Below, piece by piece: positions 1 to 4,560 of a stretch of 10,755 bases of DNA. The position numbers were made by a program, and so were the translations under genes. This DNA comes from Tolypothrix tenuis PCC 7101 (GTDB lineage: Bacteria > Cyanobacteriota > Cyanobacteriia > Cyanobacteriales > Nostocaceae), in assembly GCA_002368295.1 (NCBI GenBank), contig AP018248.1:4225396-4236150 (forward strand). Reading direction: 5' to 3'. The notes beneath the pieces were generated by a model. It did no database searches. It saw only the letters and a program-made list of their open reading frames with translations, and had not been told where the DNA came from. The first letter of the stretch is position 1. Every line of letters begins with the position of its first letter.

Positions 1-378
1 GATGTTGCTAATAGCCTCAACAATCTGGCGCAACTCTACAAATCCCAAGGCAGATACAGCGAAGCCGAACCTTTGTATGTGCAAGCTTTATCACTCAGGC
101 GACGCAGCTTGGGGGAATCACATCCAGATGTTGCTAATAGCCTCAACAATCTGGCGGGACTCTACGATTCCCAAGGTAGATACAGCGAAGCCGAACCTTT
201 GTATGTGCAAGCTTTAGAACTAACGCGACGCAGCTTGGGGGGATCACATCCAGATGTTGCTACTAGCCTCAACAATCTGGCGCAACTCTATCGTTCCCAA
301 GGAAGATACAGCGAAGCTGAACCTTTGTATGTGCAAGCTTTGGATATTTGTGAGCGTAGTTTAGGAGTGGGTCATCCT
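1..378 (+). repeat. 126-nt (42-codon) in-frame tandem repeat, 3 copies, encoding the TPR modules
   Basis: Copies at 1-126, 127-252 and 253-378. Copies 1 and 2 differ at about 11 of 126 positions by hand count. Confidence 0.9.
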
Positions 379-435
379 TCAACAATAATAGTACGAAGCA
401 ATTATGCTATTTTCTTAAAGCAAGCATATCTTTAA
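1..435 (+). CDS. TPR (TPR_12 / kinesin-light-chain-type) repeat protein, C-terminal 144 codons; 5' end lies outside the window
   Basis: Frame 1 is open from nt 1 to the TAA at 433-435. The track ORF 73..435 is only the part after an internal TTG. The translation repeats a 42-aa module, DVA(N/T)SLNNLAxLYxSQGRYSEAEPLYVQALxLxRRSLGxSHP, three times. This is the classic NNLAxLYxxQGxYxEAEPLY TPR signature. Confidence 0.85.
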   Translation, partial: DVANSLNNLAQLYKSQGRYSEAEPLYVQALSLRRRSLGESHPDVANSLNNLAGLYDSQGRYSEAEPLYVQALELTRRSLGGSHPDVATSLNNLAQLYRSQGRYSEAEPLYVQALDICERSLGVGHPSTIIVRSNYAIFLKQAYL

Positions 436-500
436 AATAGCATTTGCTTCATCACTGTAAAAATTCAAGTTCTCAACCGCATCAATCAAGCTTTTATCTC

Positions 501-700
501 CGAGTTCCGTGTTCAGAACTTGAAGTTTCCTGTTGCAAACGAGAACGTTCCTGTTTTTAGCTCGAAGTTTTGTGTTCAGAACTCGAAGCTTCCTGTTCCA
601 AATGAGAACATTGCTGTTTTTAGCTCGAAGTTCCGTGTTCAGAACTCGAAGTTTCCTGTTGCAAACGAGAACATTGCTGTTTTTAGCTCGAAGTTTCCTG
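501..700. repeat. Intergenic tandem repeat, 63-bp period, about 3.2 copies, with an internal ~21-bp sub-period
   Basis: Copies at 501-562 (62 nt), 563-625 and 626-688, plus a partial copy at 689-700. Copies 2 and 3 differ at 5 of 63 positions. Each unit splits into three related 21-mers: CGAAGTTCCGTGTTCAGAACT, CGAAGTTTCCTGTTGCAAACG and AGAACATTGCTGTTTTTAGCT. Confidence 0.9.
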
Positions 701-997
701 CTCTGAGGTGGAATGATGGAGTTATGAAGGCGATGCTCTCTCAAAATTGAATAAACTTGGTGTTAAAGATAATTATATCGACTGTCTTAAAAGTCAAGCG
801 ATGCACTTGACATTCAAGACAGCCGCTACCAGCACAAAATCTGAATCTTATTATTTACAGTTTTTATTATTTTTTGATTTTTAACAATGAATTAAGAATC
901 AAAATCTATCTTTTGGCTGAAGTATTTGCGATACCAATATCAATATTCTGATAATAAGTGCTAAAAATAGATTTATTTTTGGCAGATAATCTTACTA

Positions 998-1037
998 TTT
1001 ATGCTAATAATCACACATTTATGCCAATAATCACACA
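998..1037. repeat. Tandem direct repeat, 2 x 20 bp (TTTATGC[T/C]AATAATCACACA)
   Basis: 998-1017 and 1018-1037 are identical at 19 of 20 positions. They lie in the AT-rich region about 490 bp upstream of the regulator gene. Confidence 0.85.
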
Positions 1038-1448
1038 AATCTAGATTTTTTAGCACATAAGCTGTTAAAAGTATTTATTCGCAAAAGGAGTAATCTTGAT
1101 ATTTATCAAAACAACTGAAAACACAGTTTAAATTAAGCTAGGCTGACAGTATCCATTTTGAAAAACTTTTAAACCGATAGCTTTTTAAACCTGTAATTTG
1201 TGATTGCAGTAGATTATCTTGTCGCGGCATGAGTTCAGAAAATTAATCTAAATTACAATAAACTACTGTTTTTCAGGTTAAGGCGGTTTATATAGCAGTT
1301 CTCAATCAGTTGTATAAAATAGGCTAGATTTATAAATTATTATTTCCTGTTCCCTAACTCAACAAGTAATTTTACAACTACTACTAATATTGCTATATAG
1401 TTTTTCATCTTTAATATAGGACTCATATTTGATTTGAATTTCAGGTAG

Positions 1449-1506
1449 GATGCGTTAGCGATAGCGTAACGCATCAGCGCCAAAGCTTTTCGTGCGTTAC
1501 TATAAT
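1449..1506 (+). promoter_or_regulatory. Operator-like palindrome plus a third half-site abutting a consensus -10 box, upstream of the regulator gene
   Basis: GATGCGTTA (1449-1457) and TAACGCATC (1467-1475) form a perfect 9-bp inverted repeat around a 9-nt spacer. A third GCGTTAC copy at 1494-1500 is followed directly by TATAAT (1501-1506), 19 nt before the ATG at 1525. There is no convincing -35 hexamer and no obvious Shine-Dalgarno sequence. Confidence 0.3.
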
Positions 1507-1524
1507 TTGCGGTTATGAGCCGCC

Positions 1525-3990
1525 ATGAGAATTTTATTAGTTGAAGATGATGAAGCGATCGCAGAACCACTTGCTAAATCTTTGACAACTCAACACTATG
1601 CTGTTGATGTTGCCAAAGATGGGCAAGAAGGTTGGGATTTGGCAGAGTTATTTACCTATGACTTAATTCTGCTAGATGTGATGTTACCCAAGCTGAACGG
1701 CATTAATTTCTGTCAGAGATTACGTGCAAACGGTAATCAAACACCTGTTCTTTTATTAACCGCCCAAGATAATAGTGTAAATAAAGTCATGGGTTTGGAT
1801 GCAGGTGCAGATGATTATGTTGCCAAGCCTTTTGATTTTCAGGAATTATTAGCCCGTATTCGTGCTTTATTACGTCGGGGTGGTTCTACTTTACCGCCGC
1901 TTTTAGAGTGGAAAAATTTGCGCTTAGATCCCAGCAGTTGCGAAGTCACCTGTGATGGAAAACTTGTGCATTTGACTCCCAAAGAATACGGCTTGCTTGA
2001 GCTTTTTCTTCGCAATAGTCAGCGAATTTTTAGCTGTAGTGCCTTAATAGATCATCAATGGTCATTTGAAGAACCGCCTACAGATGATACTGTCAGATCC
2101 CACATCAAAGGTTTACGGCAAAAACTGAAAGCAGCAGGAGTTGCAGACGAGCCTATTGAGACAGTTTATGGCATTGGCTATAAACTCAAGCCAGAACAAA
2201 AGAATGTAGACCAAGATAAAAAAGCCAAGGGATTAGGAAAAACCAAATTAACCTCCTCATCTCCCTCGCCTGTACCACAACAAAATCAGGTAGCGACTGG
2301 GGTGAGCAAAGTCTGGGAAGCAGTAGCGCAGAAACTTGAAGAACGAGTGGCGACGAATGAGCAAGCCTTAACGCTTTTGCAACAAGGTCAACTTAGTGAG
2401 GAAATGCGAGCTAGCGCGAGAATGGAAGCTCATAAGCTAGCTGGATCTATGGGGATGTTTGGTTCTGATGAAGGTTCTCAGTTAGCGCGAGAAATAGAAT
2501 CTCTGTGGGAAATTCAGACTCCGCTTGAGCCGCAGGTAATACAGCAGCTATCGCAATTTGTGGCGGCGTTGCGTCAAGAATTGCAACTGTTAAATTCTGA
2601 GTATAAGCAGGAGTCGCAGCCAGAACATCCCGTACAAGGAAATGGTGTTTTTGGGCATAGCGAAGAAATTACCAATGCCCCATCCCCTATGCCCGAAGCG
2701 GCGGGGCGATTGTCTGTTTCCACCCACAAGAAAATCGAGTTTCCCACCGCTTTCAATCAACGCCCCTTACTGTTGGTTGTGAATCGCGATCGCAAATTAA
2801 CTGAAGCTTTAGCCAAAGAGACTGATATTTGGGGCATACAAGTACGCTTCGCACAAACTGCGCGATCGCCCATTTCCTCCGCTAGAGAATTGATTGCTGA
2901 ATATTCCCCAGATGTCGTATTACTCGACCTTGGCAGCACTGACACCTCAGAAACTAATCTCGCTTTACTAGCAGAACTCAATGCTAGTAACTCCTCAATA
3001 CCAGTGATAGTTTTAACAGATAAAGATAGTTTGCTTGACCGGGTCAAAGTGGCGCGCTTGGGTGGTAGCGGGATTTTACAAAAGCCTGTTTCCCCTATCC
3101 AAGTATTAGAAACAGTAAATCAAATATTACAGCGCACTCGCCCTACAGCAGCAAAGGTGATGGTTGTCGATGACGATCCCCATATCTTAGCTGCTCTGCA
3201 AACCTTACTCGTGCCTTGGGGAATGAAGGTTTACACCTTAGAGAACCCCTTGCGGTTTTTGGAAGCGATCGCAGCTGCTCAACCAGATCTGTTGATTTTA
3301 GATGTGGAAATTCCAGAGATTAGCGGTATAGAACTATGCCAAGTTGTGAGGAATGATCCCCAATGGAGTGGGCTGCCCATCTTGTTTTTGACTGCTCATA
3401 ACGATACCAAAACTAGACAGCAGGTCTTCGCCGCAGGTGCCGATGACTACATCAGCAAACCCATTGTTGAACCAGAACTAATTACGAGGATACTAAATCG
3501 TTTAGAGCGATCGCGCTGGCTACGCAATCTCGCAGAATTGGATGGACTAACCCAGGTAGCGAATCGGCGTAAATCTACTCAGGATTTAAATTGGTATCTG
3601 CAATTAAGCGATCGCCACCAACAACCGCTTTGCTTCGCTATTGTGGAGCTAGACAGCCTCAAAGAAATTAATCACAAGCATGGTCATGCAGTAGGCGATC
3701 GCGTGTTATCCCAACTAGGGGAACTGTTACGACAAACTTTCCACACTCAAGATGTAGTTGGTCGTTGGGGAGGTACAGAATTTGTGGTGGGAATGGCAGG
3801 AATGACCAAAACTGATGGAGAACGGCGGCTTTTGGAACTGCTCAAAAGGCTACGCCAAATTGAATTCACGGGTGCTAATAGCCAAAAGTTTCACGTTACC
3901 TTCCGTACAGCCGTAGTTGAGTATCCTCAAGATGGTGCTAATCTGCAAGCGCTTTATCAGGCGGCGGATCGGGGAATGGGGAATGGGTAA
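1525..3990 (+). CDS. Composite two-component response regulator: REC - OmpR/PhoB wHTH - HPt - degenerate REC - REC - GGDEF (GGTEF variant)
   Basis: 821-aa ORF running from ATG 1525 to TAA 3988-3990. REC motifs: LLVEDDE, DLILLD(51)VMLP, LLLTA, AKP. wHTH motifs: LTPKEYGLLELFLRN, TVRSHIKGLRQKL, ETVYGIGYKL. HPt motif: AH(303)KLAGSMGMFGS. Third REC: VMVVDDDP, DLLILD(593)VEIP, LFLTAH, ISKP. GGDEF domain: GLTQVANRR, ELDSLKEINHKHGHAVGDRVL, RWGGTEFVV. Confidence 0.9.
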   Translation: MRILLVEDDEAIAEPLAKSLTTQHYAVDVAKDGQEGWDLAELFTYDLILLDVMLPKLNGINFCQRLRANGNQTPVLLLTAQDNSVNKVMGLDAGADDYVAKPFDFQELLARIRALLRRGGSTLPPLLEWKNLRLDPSSCEVTCDGKLVHLTPKEYGLLELFLRNSQRIFSCSALIDHQWSFEEPPTDDTVRSHIKGLRQKLKAAGVADEPIETVYGIGYKLKPEQKNVDQDKKAKGLGKTKLTSSSPSPVPQQNQVATGVSKVWEAVAQKLEERVATNEQALTLLQQGQLSEEMRASARMEAHKLAGSMGMFGSDEGSQLAREIESLWEIQTPLEPQVIQQLSQFVAALRQELQLLNSEYKQESQPEHPVQGNGVFGHSEEITNAPSPMPEAAGRLSVSTHKKIEFPTAFNQRPLLLVVNRDRKLTEALAKETDIWGIQVRFAQTARSPISSARELIAEYSPDVVLLDLGSTDTSETNLALLAELNASNSSIPVIVLTDKDSLLDRVKVARLGGSGILQKPVSPIQVLETVNQILQRTRPTAAKVMVVDDDPHILAALQTLLVPWGMKVYTLENPLRFLEAIAAAQPDLLILDVEIPEISGIELCQVVRNDPQWSGLPILFLTAHNDTKTRQQVFAAGADDYISKPIVEPELITRILNRLERSRWLRNLAELDGLTQVANRRKSTQDLNWYLQLSDRHQQPLCFAIVELDSLKEINHKHGHAVGDRVLSQLGELLRQTFHTQDVVGRWGGTEFVVGMAGMTKTDGERRLLELLKRLRQIEFTGANSQKFHVTFRTAVVEYPQDGANLQALYQAADRGMGNG
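1528..2190 (+). other. Domain: receiver (aa 2-117, phospho-Asp D51 = GAT 1675-1677) plus OmpR/PhoB-type winged-helix DNA-binding domain (aa 126-222)
   Basis: Motifs as listed for the CDS. On its own this segment is a complete OmpR-family regulator. Confidence 0.85.
2308..2574 (+). other. Domain: HPt (histidine phosphotransfer), candidate phospho-His H303 = CAT 2431-2433
   Basis: EAHKLAGSMGMFGSDEGSQLAREIE fits the HxxKGxxxxxG HPt signature, as in the CheA P1, ArcB and Ypd1 types. The flanking sequence looks helical. Confidence 0.7.
2629..2757 (+). repeat. Diverged copy of the dispersed hairpin/heptamer repeat element seen at 8164-8371, embedded in frame in the CDS (aa 369-411)
   Basis: 2681-2757 aligns without gaps to 8295-8371 with 63 of 77 identities by hand count. 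2629-2660 matches 8181-8208 plus 8223-8224 at 27 of 30 aligned positions with a 2-nt indel. 2661-2680 matches 8273-8293 at about 18 of 21. The total length is 129 nt, which is 43 codons. Confidence 0.8.
2764..3132 (+). other. Domain: degenerate receiver (aa 414-536), with the acidic pair replaced (VVNRDR instead of VDDD)
   Basis: LLLVVNRDRKL, DVVLLD(468)LG, VIVLT(498)D and LQK(520)P. The Asp, Thr and Lys positions are kept but the Mg-binding acidic pair reads N-R. Confidence 0.6.
3154..3504 (+). other. Domain: canonical receiver (aa 544-660, D593)
   Basis: KVMVVDDDPHIL, PDLLILDVEIPEISG, ILFLTAHND and DYISKP. Confidence 0.85.
3526..3969 (+). other. Domain: GGDEF-type, with GGTEF at the signature position (3769-3783) and HTQD in place of the RxxD I-site
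   Basis: DGLTQVANRR, ELDSLKEINHKHGHAVGDRVL and HTQDVVGRWGGTEFVVGM. The codons are GGA GGT ACA GAA TTT. Confidence 0.8.
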
Positions 3991-4110
3991 TGGGGAATGG
4001 GTAATGGGTAATGAGTAATGAGTAATGAGTAATGAGTAATGGGTAATGAGTAATGGGTAATGAGTAATGGGTAATGAGTAATGGGTAATGAGTAATGAGT
4101 AATGGGTAAT
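3971..4110. repeat. STRR-type heptamer tandem array, 20 copies of G(G/A)G(G/T)AAT
   Basis: Unit-by-unit count: GGGGAAT x3, GGGTAAT x8, GAGTAAT x9, all in strict 7-nt register from 3971 to 4110. The TAA stop of the upstream CDS (3988-3990) lies in the third unit. Confidence 0.95.
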
Positions 4111-4203
4111 TGGGTGTTTGGGGTTTGTCATTAATTATTTCTCCCCTGCTCCCTGCCCCCCTGCCTTACTCCGTCTCCCCTTATTGTTAAGGTAGGATGC
4201 TAT

Positions 4204-4560
4204 ATGTTTGAATTATTAGATATTTTTTTTACATCTATAAGCTTTATATCTCAGTTAAATTACCATTTCGGCAATCAAGGGTTGATATGGTTACATTTGT
4301 TATCTGATTGCTTAATTTCTCTGGGGTATTATGCGATTTCTGCGATATTGGTCTATTTCGGGAATCAGCGCCAAGATTCGCCTGCAAAAAATCTGTTGCT
4401 GTTGTTTGGAGCGTTTCTAGCGGTTTGTGGCACAACTCATCTGATGGCAGTTTGGACATTTTGGGATGCAAATTATTGGGTATTTGGGGTTCAGAAAGCC
4501 CTTACTGCAATAATTTCAATTTATACTTTTGTAGCGCTATTAAAATTATTGCCCAAATCC
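4204..4560 (+). other. Domain: three-helix membrane module resembling the ethylene/Cu(I)-binding domain of plant ETR1 and cyanobacterial SynEtr1
   Basis: LSD(35)CLISLGYYAISAILVYF, FGAFLAVC(75)GTTH(79)LMAVWTF and QK(98)ALTAIISIYTF. Compared with ETR1 from memory: ISD(25)FFIAIAYFSIPLELIYF, FGAFIVLC(65)GATH(69)LINLWTF and AK(91)VLTAVVS. The Asp-to-Cys spacing is 40 residues in both. Confidence 0.75.

Noticed and set aside
2-217. 71-aa + strand ORF in frame 2 of the TPR region
   Set aside because: It is an off-frame reading of the 126-nt repeat. Frame 1 gives a textbook TPR protein, and the frame-2 peptide simply repeats because the DNA repeats.
501-700. Possible CRISPR array
   Set aside because: The whole 63-bp unit repeats head to tail with no unique spacers between conserved repeats, and no cas genes are nearby.
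415-750. ORFs 415..744 (-) and 520..750 (+) across the 63-bp tandem repeat
   Set aside because: Both strands stay open only because the repeat period is 21 codons and the unit lacks stops. The + ORF starts at a TTG inside a repeat unit with no ribosome-binding site. I treat the region as non-coding repeat, though a small repeat protein is not formally excluded (see finding).
750-1524. Search for NtcA-type sites (GTA-N8-TAC) and a full -35/-10 promoter upstream of the regulator; also checked in 7708-8513 and 9732-10453
   Set aside because: I found no exact GTA-N8-TAC by eye, only near misses such as GTAGGATGCGTTAG. Isolated TATAAT hexamers (1501-1506, 10223-10228) lack convincing -35 partners, so no promoter is called with confidence.
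1340-1570. 76-aa minus-strand ORF overlapping the regulator start
   Set aside because: It overlaps the well-supported REC-domain start and the promoter-like region. The sequence is AT-rich and low in complexity, with no recognisable motif.
3850-4131. 93-aa minus-strand ORF (…PITHYSLLITHYSLPITHY…)
   Set aside because: It is a straight translation of the 7-nt tandem array. The periodic low-complexity peptide has no start context and overlaps the 3' end of the regulator CDS. It is a classic STRR artefact.
4141-4185. C-rich tract CTCCCCTGCTCCCTGCCCCCCTGCC upstream of the kinase start; a similar CTCTCCCCTACTCCCTCTGC lies at ~7718-7737
   Set aside because: It looks like a decayed heptamer (GCAGGGA/GCAGGGG-type) repeat remnant of the kind common in these genomes. 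I cannot support any specific function.
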